A DNA stretch of 64,000 nucleotides from Octopus sinensis (taxonomy: Eukaryota). Positions 13,004-24,464 of this stretch are shown here, in pieces; the stretch's first letter is position 1, and the number at the start of each line of letters is the position of its first letter. The notes beneath the pieces were generated by a model, which worked only from the letters and a program-made list of their open reading frames with translations, had not been told where the DNA came from and made no database searches. Made by a program: the position numbers and the translations under genes. The stretch is taken from assembly GCF_006345805.1 (NCBI RefSeq), contig NC_043001.1, positions 131,626,001 through 131,690,000 on the forward strand, in the 5' to 3' direction.

Positions 13004-13514
13004 TCTATATATATAAAACTCTAGTTGTGTGAGTGTCTGTCCCCTTCGATTTAGATTCCTAACTCCTCCCACATTTTGCGGTGCAGTTTAACCAAATTCG
13101 GGTATCTTATAGTCATGATTCATATTGAGCCCGTCTGACTATTAGCGCGCGTCAACGATGAGTCTACGATTTTAAAAATAATTTAACATCATTTTTTATT
13201 CCATTTTAATGCATAAAATGCATCGTATGTCGATGGCGGCGGAGTTGGCGTCCACGCTCACAGCTGCACCTGTTTGCTTCTCCCCCTTCCCTCCCTCGTG
13301 AAGCTGTGGGGAAGGGAGTGTAAAGAAATCAACGTCGTAATGCGTTGTGAAGGAAACCAGCGTTCTTTTAGAACAACGACTTCATGGCTTGAAGACACCA
13401 AAACAAAAATGGCTAAGAAAGCCCTATTGGCATCTATAAGGGAAGTAACTCTCTAAAAATGCTTATATAGTTATTTCCCTTACAAACCCGAGCAACGCCG
13501 GGCGATACTGCTAG
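13004..13514 (+). mobile_element. Non-autonomous Helitron, copy 1
   Basis: A|TCTATATATATAAAA 5' end; CCCGAGCAACGCCGGG hairpin about 8 nt before the terminal CTAG. Confidence 0.85.
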
Positions 13515-13899
13515 TTTATATATAAAAGTCAAGTTGTGTGTCTTTCTCCTACGATTTAGATTCCTAACTACTCCCACATTTTGCGGTGCAGTTTAACCAA
13601 AACCGGGTATCTTATAGTCGTGATTCATATCCAGCCCTTCTGGGTATTAGCGCGCGTCTACGATGAGTCTACGATTTAAAAAATAATTTACCATCATTTT
13701 TTTCCATTTTAAAGCATTTTTTCGCTATTATATAAGGGAAGTAACTCTCTAAAAATGTCTACGATGAGTCAACGATTTAAAAAAAATTTACCATTTTTTT
13801 TTTTCCATTTTTAATGCATTTTTTTGGCTATAACTCTCTAAAAATGCTTATATAGTTATTTCCCTTACAAACCCGAGCAACGCCGGGCGATACTGCTAG
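13515..13899 (+). mobile_element. Non-autonomous Helitron, copy 2 (head-to-tail with copy 1)
   Basis: Starts directly after the CTAG of copy 1. Same hairpin and CTAG|T end, different interior. Confidence 0.85.
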
Positions 13900-13959
13900 T
13901 TATATATATAATACATATATATAAGCAAGAGAGTGACCGGAAGAGACACTTGCACAGTG

Positions 13960-14260
13960 CTGCAGTGGTGGAAAGATTAAATCCCTGCCATTCCCCAACC
14001 TCCAGAGCCATTGAAGAAACTGTTGACATCAACTGACCAAGATTCCAAGCAATTCCAAAACGAAATTAGATAATAAAATGCTGCTCTACAGATGACATCG
14101 TTTGGAGCCACAAGAGATTTAAATGAGCCAGGATTCAGGCAAACTTTCAAGATCCAAGCCAGATATATCATTGGATTGGCTCTCTGCTACCTCTGTCAAA
14201 TAAATCACCAAAATCGGCCTTTCATTGTTTATAATCTGAACCTGTTTTTGGTTACGATAA
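13960..14260 (+). pseudogene. Helitron RepHel protein fragment
   Basis: PQPPEPLKKLLT...IR**NAALQMTSFGA...EPGFRQTFKIQ / QIYHWIGSLLP matches the conserved Helitron YNSAFQMTSFG...TFKIQGQVYHRIGSL segment. Confidence 0.8.
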
Positions 14261-14303
14261 AAGCTACACAAAACGTGTTTTTGAATTACATATATGTACT
14301 TTA

Positions 14304-14682
14304 TAGGAGTGGCTGTGTGGTAAGTAGCTTGCTAACCAGCCACATGGTTCCGGGGTCAGTCCCACTGCGTGGCATCTTGGGCAAGTGTCTTCTGCTATAG
14401 CCCCGGGCCGACCAATGCCTTGTGAGTGGATTTGGTAGACGGAAACTGAAAGAAGCCTGTCGTATATATGTATATATATATATATATAAGTGTGAGTGTA
14501 TATGTTTGACAACCGATGCTGGTGTGTTTACGTCTCCGTCACTTAGCGGTTCGGCAAAAGAGGCCGATAGAATAAGTACTGGGCTTACAAAGAATAAGTC
14601 CCGGGGTCGATTTGCTCGACTAAAGGCGGTGCTCCAGCATGGCCACAGTCAAATGACTGAAACAAGTAAAAGAGTAAAAGAG
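14304..14682 (+). mobile_element. SINE family A, near full length
   Basis: Head, CORE-like motif, internal (TA)n and AGTAAAAG tail. Confidence 0.9.
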
Positions 14683-14870
14683 TATATATAAGTTGAAAAC
14701 TTTCTTTTAACATTTCAAGTAACGTCTATGTTCCATGTTAGCATGGGTTGTAGAGTTATTTATATAGAAAGTTGGTATCTCAGCTACTAGCAACTGAGAC
14801 CTGTGTAGTCTAAACGATGTTTTAAATTTTCTTATTTTCTTTAGCTTAGGCAACGTCAAGTATTTCTGTT

Positions 14871-14923
<53 letters not shown>

Positions 14924-14949
14924 ATATATACACACACGCATACATACAT

Positions 14950-15113
14950 AGGTGCAGGAGTAGCTGTGTGGTAAGTAGCTTGCTTACCAACCACATGGTT
15001 CTGGATTCAGTCCCACTGTATAGCACCTTTGTCAAAAGTCTTCTACTATAGCCTCGGGCCAACCAAAGCCTTGTGAGTGGATCTGATAGTCGGAAACTGA
15101 AAGAAGCCCATCG
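14950..15113 (+). mobile_element. SINE family A, 5' half
   Basis: Head through GAAACTGAAAGAAGCCCATCG. Confidence 0.85.
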
Positions 15114-15126
15114 TGCATATATATAT

Positions 15127-16960
15127 CGATGCGATAATAAAAATGCCTGCTCCCACTAACAAAACTACACGACAAGCATTTTTAGGTTTGGTAAGTTATT
15201 ACCAGTTGCACATTCCTAAAATGTATGAGCTAAGAGCTCCGTTGAATAAGTTGCTAAAGAAGGACTCGAAATGGAGCTGGACAAACGAATGTCAGAAATC
15301 ATTCGAGGAATTAAAAAAGTGGTTAGCATCAGAGTTATCATTAACTCATTTCGACCAAATTTGAAAATAATTGTGGCATCGGATGCCAGTGAATATGGAA
15401 TAGGAGCTGTGATATTGCATAAATTTTATGATGGTAAAATCAAAGCTATTGCACATGCATCGAGAGTTCTATTACCAGCGGAAAGAAACTACAGCCAGAT
15501 TGAAAAAGAGGCGTTATCATTAATCTTCGCAGTAAAAAAATTCCATAAATTCTTACATGGGAGGAAGTTTACATTGCAAACGGATCACCGACCGTTATTG
15601 TCTATTTTTGGTTCGAAAAGGGTATTCCAATGCACTCAGCAAACCACTTACAGCGCTGGGGGTCTACTCTGTTGAACTACGATTTCCAGATGGAGTTTTT
15701 GCCATTAATGAAAATGGGACATGCAGACGGGTTGTCTAGGCTAATTCCGAAATATGAGGAACCCTTTGAATACACGGTGATTGCATCGTTAAAACTAGAA
15801 ATGGAACTAAAGAATATTTTGTGCAATGTAGCACGAGATTTGCTGGTAACGCTGGAAGAATTGAAATCGGGAAATGATAGGTTCATGAATAAGATTTTTT
15901 AAAATGTTGTGTAACATGAAAAATATAAATGAGCGGGACGCAGGTTCAAAGCACTACTCAGTATGTGATGAGGTGTTATTATATGCACAAAGAGTGCTAA
16001 TACCTGAAGCACTGCAAAACAGAGTATTAAAAGACTTACATGTAGGACATCCGGGGATTGTCCGGATGAAGAGTCTCATGAGTAGTTACGTTTATTGGCC
16101 GAATATGGACAAGCAACTTGAGAGACTGGTAAAAACAGTTTAGGGGATGCGCTATGGCAGCAAAGGCGCCCCCAGTGCAGATTCAGTCATGGCCCAAAAC
16201 GGATTCGGCTTGGTCTAGACTACATGTGGATTTCGCAGGACCAATAAATGGCTCTCATTATATCATTGCAGTGGATATCTATTCCAAATGGCCTGAAGTG
16301 TGTAAATGTTCAAGGCCAACCACAAGTGTGACTATTGACTTCTTGGAAGAACTGTTCACTCGTTATGGAGTGCCAGATACGATCATGTCAGATAATGGTA
16401 CACAATTCATGGCGAAGGAGTTCGAAAGATTCTGTAAATCGGTTCAGATGAAGCAAGTGTTAACTCCGCCATACCATCCAAGGTTAAATGGATTAGCGGA
16501 AAGATTTGTCAACACATTCAAGACAGCCTTAAGAAAGACCAGATGGCAAATCCTGGAAGATACAAATATGACAAAGATTTTGCAGGTGTATAGAATAACA
16601 CCGAATCCAAATGCAGAGTTGGGTAGGTCACCTGCAGATTTGATGTTTTCCAGAAAAATTCGTTCTATTTTTGACAAATGATTGCTGAGCAGGAACCAGA
16701 AAAGAGAAAATTTGGGAAGAAAAATGAAATTTTTTAACACAGGTGACAAAGTGTATTTTAAAATATATAGTACCGGAAAACAGGACTTGGAACAAGGAAG
16801 TATAACTGGACGTCTGGGTAACGTGATGTACATGGTAAAAGGACCAAAATATGAACACAGAAGGCATTTAAACCAATTAAAAAAAATATATACCAAAAAC
16901 CAAGAGAGGCTAGAAGAACCAATGGATTTATGATATGATTTGTTCGAACCGACACGTAGG
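15127..16960 (+). pseudogene. pol: Ty3/Gypsy pol remnant (RT C-terminus, RNase H, integrase), frameshifted
   Basis: [36 protein letters not shown] (RNase H); LHVGHPGIVRMK..VYWP; WSRLHVDFAGP..SDNGTQF..YHPRLNGLAERFV (integrase). Gypsy domain order; no LTRs found. Confidence 0.95.
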
Positions 16961-17048
16961 TTGAACAGGAAGAGAAAAACCTACAGAAATGATGGAAATT
17001 AACGCTAAGAGAAAAAGATATGCCAGTTTCTCACCAAAGAAATAAAAT

Positions 17049-17110
<62 letters not shown>

Positions 17111-17149
17111 ATATGTATTTATATGTGAAACAAGGTGGAAAAAAAGAGT

Positions 17150-17331
17150 ACTCAAATACCAGTGGTAGAGTAATATGCTTTATTTAAAGCAGCAGAAAAT
17201 TCAACAAAATCTGTTACTCTGAGTTTCTTGTTGCCGTTCATCAGACAGTCTTTTGTAGAAACTTTCTGATGAACGGCAACGAGAAACTCAGAGTAACAGA
17301 TTGTTTGAATTTTCTGCTGCTTTAAATAAAG
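17150..17331. mobile_element. Inverted pair of Penelope-like terminal fragments with hammerhead cores
   Basis: Arms 17178-17245 and 17265-17331 are reverse complements. Each carries CTGATGA...GAAACTCAGAGTAACAG. Confidence 0.75.
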
Positions 17332-17615
17332 TATATGTATTTATATGTATATTTATACATATGTATATCTCTATATTATGATTCTGAAATGTGAAAAGTT
17401 TGTCTCATTTTGGCATTGGAACGGGTTAAGGGGCACTAGATGGGGTCGGATTGACTCCAAAATTTACAGGGACATGTAAAATGAGGTGAGGATGAGAGTG
17501 GGCTAGGTTAGAAATTCCTCTTAAAAGGTGTGGTTACTAGGGCAAAAAACGCACATTTTGACAAGACTACTCTCATTCTTTTATCTGCCTGTTTTCCTCC
17601 ATCTCTCTCTTTCAT

Positions 17616-18004
17616 CCCTTCCTTTCACATTCTCTCTATAACGTCGTTTGATAGCGTCTACTATCTTTCCTCTGCCGCCTTCAATATTTTTACGCTTTTT
17701 AAACCCTTCGTCGTTATTCTCATTCACTCATTATTACTTTCTCTCTCCCCCTCTCTCTCTATCTATATATATCGAGAAAGATTCTCATGAATGTGTGGTG
17801 GTGGTGGTGGTGGTGGCGATGATAATTCTCTCTATGAATGCAGACAGACGTAGAGAGAGAGAGTGACTGCGCTGGCGAAGGCGGCAGAGGAAAGATAGTA
17901 GACGCTATCAAACGACGTTATAGAGAGAAAGTGAAAGGAAGGGAGAAAAGTATAATGAAGTGAATGAGAATAAGACGAAGGGTTTAAAAAGCGTAAAAAA
18001 TATT
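17616..18004. repeat. Permuted inverted repeat (A-B ... rcA-rcB)
   Basis: A 17616-17682 pairs with 17877-17943; B 17683-17734 pairs with 17952-18004. Confidence 0.9.
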
Positions 18005-18216
18005 TCTTTCTCAACTTACTCAAGATCTTTGTTGTGATAAATGGGAGAGAGGTAGATAGAGATAGATAAAGAGAGAAAGAGAAAGCGAGGGAAAATCCAG
18101 AGAAATGAAGAGTAAGAGAGAGGGAAAGAGAGAGAGAAAGGAGAGAGAAACAAAAAGGGAGAATGTGGCGATAAGAAACAGAAAGGAAGCAACAGAAAGT
18201 AACAACCACAACCTCA

Positions 18217-18247
18217 CCCGCACGTAGAGCGGGTCACCTTAAGTTAG
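18217..18247 (+). mobile_element. Possible Helitron-type 3' end
   Basis: CCCGC-ACGTAGA-GCGGG hairpin, then TTAG|T. The terminus is not a perfect CTAG. Confidence 0.4.
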
Positions 18248-18517
18248 TATATATATATATATATATATATATGCAGCCTTCGAAACATATGTCGAAAATA
18301 AAATAAAGGAATTTTGTTAATTCGTCGTTCAACTCCATTCTTTCATTTATTTGTATTAAAAAAAACACACAAATTTCCACACGATAGCACGTGATCTCTG
18401 CCCTAGGCAAGTAGCTTCAACCGTGGTTTTTCTGACATGAATTTGCTACCAGGTATCGTTTAACCGAATTATCCATAATAAGATAATTCATTCAACTACT
18501 CAATTATTATATATGGG

Positions 18518-18552
<35 letters not shown>

Positions 18553-18591
18553 GATATATTACATATATATTATTATATATAGTAATACATA

Positions 18592-18980
18592 GACCTGTGC
18601 TTGCAAAGACCTGTTGAGGGAAGTGAAATCAAAATCGAAATCAAATTTGATGATGACTGGCATCCATGCTAGTGGAGTGCTAAGAGTACCATCCGAGCAT
18701 GATCGTTGCCAGAGTAGCTGACTGGCCGGTGGCACATAAAAAGTACCATTCGAGCGTGATTGTTACCAGCGTCACATTATTGACACTTATGCCAGTGGCA
18801 TGTGAGAAAACATTCGAGCGAGGTCGTTGCCAGTGCCCTGGACATTAAACACTTGGAGTGATTGGCATTAGGAAGGGCATGCAACTGTAGAAACTCTGCC
18901 AGATAAGATTGGAGCCTGGTACAGCCATCTGGTTTGTCAGTCCTTAGTCAAATTGTCCCAGCATGGTAAGCAGACGTTAA

Positions 18981-19010
<30 letters not shown>
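18592..19010 (+). mobile_element. RTE-tailed SINE-like element (family H)
   Basis: Degenerate internal ~60-bp units, GGCATTAGGAAGGGCAT motif and CAGACGTTAAATGATGATG tail. Confidence 0.75.
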
Positions 19011-19012
<2 letters not shown>

Positions 19013-19022
19013 ATGATGATAA

Positions 19023-19063
<41 letters not shown>

Positions 19064-19229
19064 AACATATACAAATATACATACACATATATATAAACAT
19101 ACATATATTGATTTGATCTGATTTTTCCAGTTTCAGCTTATGAGCTGTGGCCATGCTGGGGCACCACAAATTATATATTTATAGATATATATTTATAAAT
19201 ATATATAATATATATATATGTATTTATAC

Positions 19230-19329
19230 NNNNNNNNNNNNNNNNNNNNNNNNNNNNNNNNNNNNNNNNNNNNNNNNNNNNNNNNNNNNNNNNNNNNNNN
19301 NNNNNNNNNNNNNNNNNNNNNNNNNNNNN
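19230..19329. other. Assembly gap (100 N)
   Basis: Run of exactly 100 N flanked by (TA)-rich microsatellite. Confidence 0.99.
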
Positions 19330-20175
19330 TGCACACACACATATATATATATGTATATATGCATAACACTAAATACTTGATAATGTACATCCAAAAGAAA
19401 AAGACATTTTTAATATTTATCATAACAATAATCAGCATCAAATCCCCCGTCACCACATCCAAAAGAGAAACCATTCCATTGACGGACAACCACACCATCA
19501 CCACCACCACTATTACTGCTATTGTCGCCACCACCGCCATCACTGCATCATCATCATCATCATCATCATCACCACCATCTCCTTCATCATCATACTTATT
19601 GGATTATATGTTTATGAGCATGCATCATTTAAAGTGTCTGTGTATGTAAGTGCATATATATATATATATTATATACATAGTGTATATATATATACTCACG
19701 CACACATATATATGCACATGTATGTAGACATATATATTTAGATTTATAGATGTACATGTGTAAAGCTCATACAGAAAAGAGCTCCAATAAACAAGGACAA
19801 TAATAAATAAAATAATCAATATTCTTAGAATATTGTTGATCATTTGAGCTTCACAAATACATTGTGAGAAAAAGTTAGTGGGTTGGTGTATATAGCAATA
19901 TATATTGTAAGATAAATTAATCTATAGTTAGAATAAACATTCAGTAATTAAACTGCAAGGAGAGATATTTATGATTTTATGAAATATACCAAAAAAAAGA
20001 AAAAAAATTTTAAATGATGCTGTGCGTTGTGTATATGAAAGGTTTTGGTATATAATTATGCACATTTATATATCTATTGTTATTTGTACATCTATCTATT
20101 TATTAATGTGTGTGTGTGTATATATGTATATATGTATATGTATGCATATGTATGAATGTATATATATACATATAT

Positions 20176-20304
20176 ACTCTTTTACTTGTTTCAGTCATTT
20201 GACTGCGGCCATGCTGGAGCACCACCTTTACTCGAGCAAATCAACCCCGGGACTTATTCTTTGTAAGCCCAGTACTTATTCCATCAATCTCTTTTGCCGA
20301 ACCG
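20176..20304 (-). mobile_element. SINE family A, 3' tail
   Basis: CTCTTTTACTTGTTTCAGTCATTTGACTGCGGCC. Confidence 0.85.
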
Positions 20305-20412
20305 CTATATGTATATATGTATATATATATATATATGAGATTTGAGGCTAGCTAAAGACAAATATGGTCTGTCACAGACTGTGCTCAGAAAAAGGTCATT
20401 ATCATTCACCTT

Positions 20413-20640
20413 TGTGACTGTGGTGCCAGACATCATGGTCCGCAGCCAGGTCTGACCAGCATTGGTGGTTAATATGACATGCTGTTAGAGACTTCTTGAG
20501 GCAGTGTCTTTGTTCAAGAAGACATAGAAACCCTTGCTTCAGATCGAGTTGGATGGCAAACAAAGGTGTGAAGGGGAGTAAAAGCATTTGAAGAAGCCAG
20601 GATAATGCAAGTAAGACACAAAAGTGATCTAAGGAAAAAT

Positions 20641-20699
<59 letters not shown>

Positions 20700-21512
20700 T
20701 TGTACAGTGCTCAGGTGCACTACAACTCATCTAAAGTGTATATATAATCAGGTGTAGTTTCGGCGGATTTCGGAAAGCATGAGGGCTTAAAGGATGCATG
20801 TCATGGCAGTCAAACTGACGCAGGCAGTTTATTCCATGCTTCAGCAACTCTGAGCGTGAAAAAATGTTTCCGAAAGTGATGGGAGCTGTGTTGTTTTCTG
20901 ACTTTGTAGGCATGTCCACGTGTGTTAGACACATGGAGATCAAAAAGGTGTTCAGTGTTGTTGTGGTGAGGTGGTGGTTGAAACTTTGTGGGTGTTTACC
21001 AAGTCCGTCGCCAGATGCCGGAGCTTCAGTGAATCCATGCCCAGGGAAACAAGGCGCTCAGAATATGGTAGGTGTCTGATGGAGGGTATGCGTTTGGTTG
21101 CACGTCTCTGGACAGATTCCAGGAATGATCATGAAGGTTAATGACAATGACCTTTTTGTGACCACAGTCTGTGACAGACCACGCTTGTGTTTAGTTAGCC
21201 TCAAATCTCATCTGCAAATGCATATAAAACTAACATCCACCAACTATTCTGACTATATGCCTGTGCACACCTTTGAAAGCAGTGTATGCCAGAAAGTTTG
21301 CAAATCAAACAGAGGCCTCAAAAGACATATTAAGACCCACAAAGAGCAGAACTTATCTGCAAGCATTGGTGGTCCAAATCAGAGGTGCAATCTATGTGGG
21401 TGTCTTTTCAGAACATTGTCTGGTTTAAAAAGCCACATCAGATGCCATGATGGTGTTAAGGTGTAGGTACAAGAGGTGGTCTAACTCTGTATAAGGAGTA
21501 GACAACTGCCAT
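20413..21512 (+). mobile_element. RTE-clade LINE 3' end with three C2H2-type zinc fingers, split by a CR1 insertion
   Basis: ETLASDRVGWQTKV*RGVKAFEEARI...DLRKNV rejoins SGQIPGM at 21104. Then VCDRP..LKSHLQMH, VCQKVCKSNRGLKRHIKTH and CNLCGCLFRTLSGLKSHIRCH, a short UTR and a TA tail. Confidence 0.75.
20643..21103 (-). mobile_element. CR1/L2-type LINE 3' end with (ATT)n tail
   Basis: The reverse complement encodes ATKRIPSIRHLPYSERLVSLGMDSLKLR.LATDL...FRKHFFTLRVAEAWNKLP. Nearly identical to 51063-51281. Confidence 0.9.
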
Positions 21513-21638
21513 ATGTATATATATACATATGCGTCTATATATATATGTATGTATATATATGCATGTATATATATATATATATGAATGTATATATACGCAT
21601 GATTGTATATAATTGTATATATAAATATATGTAAATGT

Positions 21639-22140
21639 TGCATGGTCGGGTCGTCGGCTACTAAACCGGCAACACCACCAAACTTGCTTGCTGAGGAGGG
21701 TGATTTTTGGACACCTTGCGGGATGAAAGACAAAACCCGTCAAAGGGCGGAGGAACTCTTGAGAGTCAACAGCCATCCAATAAATGTCTTAAGGCTGTAT
21801 CATGTGCGGGAACATAGAAATAATCTGACTGAACGCCTGATCATGCGGATAAACCATTTGGATTAAAGGACTCCTAGCCTTTGTTAGGGCATCCTTCTAG
21901 GAGAAGGTAACTCAGGTAACTGGGATAACTCCGATAAAAAACCTGCAGCTCAGTGGTTACCAATGATGTTGACTTGTTCTTCTTTTCGGATTACGGCTGC
22001 TGTTGCTTAGTGAATGGGATTGACTCAGTGCACACCTTTCCCCACTTAAAAAAAAATCTTCTTGCACAGGCATTGCACGATAACAACATTGATTAAGCTT
22101 CGTGCAATGGCCATACTCGATAACGAGGGGGCAGCCACCA
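21639..22140 (+). mobile_element. Short non-autonomous RTE-like element (5' UTR joined to 3' end)
   Basis: RTE 5'-UTR-like GGGCATCCTTCTAGGAGAAGGTAACTC and RTE-like end GGCCATACTCGATAACGAGGGGGCAGCCACC+(AT)n, with no RT between them. Confidence 0.5.
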
Positions 22141-22267
22141 TATATATATATATATATATACATGAGTATAATAAGTTTATATCTGTGTGTATATACATGA
22201 ATGTATATATAATATATTTATATATATATATGTATATATATTTATATATATATATATATATATATAT

Positions 22268-22820
22268 GTCACATAAAAACACATCCGAGCATGGCCGTTC
22301 GCCAGCCTCGTCTGGCACCTGGTCGGTGGCACATAAAAACACCATCCGAGCGTGGTCGTCTGCTAGCCTTGTCTGGCACCTGTGTCGGTGGCACATAAAA
22401 AAAAAAACACATCCGAGCGTGTCGTCTGCCAGCCTTGTCTGGCACCTGTGTCGGTGGCAACAAAAACACCATCCGAGCGTGGCCGTTCGCCAGCCTCGTC
22501 TGGCCCTGTGTCGGTGGCACATAAAAACACCATCCGAGCGTGGTCGTCTGCCATCCTTGTCTGGCACCTGTGTCGGTGGCACATAAAAACACCATCCAAG
22601 CGTGGCCGTTCGCCAGCCTCGTCTGGCACCTGTGTCGGTGGCACATAAAATCACCCACTACACTCTCGGAGTGGTTGGCGTTAGGAAGGGCATCCAGCTG
22701 TAGAAACACTGCCAGATCTGACTGGCCTGTTGCAGCCTTCGGGCTCCCCAGACACCAGTTGAACCGTCCAACCCATGCTAGCATGGAAAGCGGACGTTAA
22801 ATGATGATGATGATGATGAT
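22268..22820 (+). mobile_element. RTE-tailed SINE-like element (family H) with a 6-unit ~61-bp internal tandem array
   Basis: GGCACATAAAAACACCATCCGAGCGTGG...GTCGGT six times, then GGCGTTAGGAAGGGCATCCAGCTGTAGAAAC and a GGACGTTAAATGATG tail. Confidence 0.85.
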
Positions 22821-22897
22821 ATATGAATATATATATATATAGATATACATATGCATGTAAATATATGTATATATATGTATGTGTGTATACAAATCTT

Positions 22898-22928
<31 letters not shown>

Positions 22929-23164
22929 ATACATATATGCATATATAAGTATGTATACATATACGTGTCAAAGGCTAGCAGATGTTTTAAGGGGAAAAAA
23001 GGAAGCATTTATGTTTATCCCAAGTACAGAGTACCAAGTTGTTGGAAAACTGAACAGCAGCGTATGAAGACTTTTGTGATTGGTACTGGAACATTTATTA
23101 AACATAATTTTAAGAAACAAAAAGGTTAAACTCTTGAAGTTCTCTGCTGAAAGGGCAGTGTCAC

Positions 23165-23510
23165 AACAACCACCACCACCATTACTACCACCACCACCAC
23201 CACAACCACCACCACCACCACCACCACCACCACAACACCACCACCACCACCACCATTACCACCACCACCACAACCACCACCACCACCACCACCACAACCA
23301 CCACCACCACCACACCACCAACACAACCACCACCACCACCACCACCACCGCCATCACCATTACCACCACCATCACCACTACCACCATCACAACCACCACC
23401 ACAACCACCACCACCACCACAACCACCACCACCATCACCACCACCACCACCACCACCACCACCACCACCACCACCATTACCATCATTATCATCATCATCA
23501 TCATTATTAT
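23165..23510. repeat. (CCA)n/(CAT)n trinucleotide microsatellite
   Basis: Direct inspection. Confidence 0.95.
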
Positions 23511-23517
23511 TAAAACA

Positions 23518-23725
23518 CCGAACTGGCAGAATCATTATGGCACCAGGCAAAATGCTGCTAAGCATTTTGTCCATCTTTGCTTTCTGAGTTCGAATTCTGC
23601 AGAAGTCGACTTTGCTTTCATCCTCTTGGGGTCAATAAATTAAGTACCAGTGAAATACTGGGGTCGATGTAATCCACTGTCCCCTCCCCCAAATTTCAGG
23701 CCTTGTGCCTTTAGTAGAAAGGATT
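23518..23725 (+). mobile_element. SINE family B
   Basis: CTGGCAGAA head, GAGTTCGAATT B box and GTCGACTTTGCTTTCATCC..GGGGTC..AAATTAAGTACCAG central domain. Confidence 0.8.
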
Positions 23726-23788
23726 ATTATCTTTATTATTTAAGATCCATGTTCCATGGTGGCATAGGTTGGATGGTTTGCCAAGAAT

Positions 23789-24017
23789 CCTATTTCTTTA
23801 TTACCCACAAGGGGCTAAACACAGAGGGGACAAACAAGGACAGACATAGGTATTAAGTCGATTACACGACCCCAGTGCGTAACTGGTATTAATTTATCGA
23901 CCCCAAAAGGATGAAAGGCAAAGTCGACCTCGGCAGAATTTGAACTCACAACGTAACGCAGACGAAATCCGATAAGCATTTTGCCCGGCGTGCTAAAGTT
24001 TCTGCCAGCTCGCCGCT
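23789..24017 (-). mobile_element. SINE family B, full length
   Basis: Reverse complement of GCGAGCTGGCAGAA...GGGGTCGATAAATTAATACCAG...AGCCCCTTGTGGG. Confidence 0.88.
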
Positions 24018-24464
24018 TTATTGGTTTGCCAAGAATCTGTGAGTCAAAAACTGCACTGCTTTGGCATGGTCTCTACAGCTTGATGCTCTTCCTAGCACCA
24101 CCCTTTACAGTGTTGCAGTAGATGCCTTTTTTTTTTCATGTCACTGGTATTATTGAGGTCACCATGCATCTCACAAACCAACAAAACCACGGAGGAAAGA
24201 TGTTGCTTTTGTATGTTAGATGGTGGTTAAGATATGAGAGAAGAGGTTGGAATATAGCAGATTCTTGTTGTAGAGGAGCTACATGGCTACACATATTTAA
24301 GACAGAGAGTGAGAATGAATAAAATGCACCTCCAAAGGGATAAGGTGTCTTTGTTGCATCTTACATAGTAGGAGAAATAGTGGATGGATATCTTTTACCT
24401 TTTATATGTTTTAAGCATTAGACTGTGGCTATGCTGGGGCACCTCCTTAGATATGAAATTGCAT

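Noticed and set aside
22268-22650. CRISPR-like regular repeats
   Set aside because: The units are contiguous without unique spacers, no cas genes are present, and they lie inside a eukaryotic retroelement.
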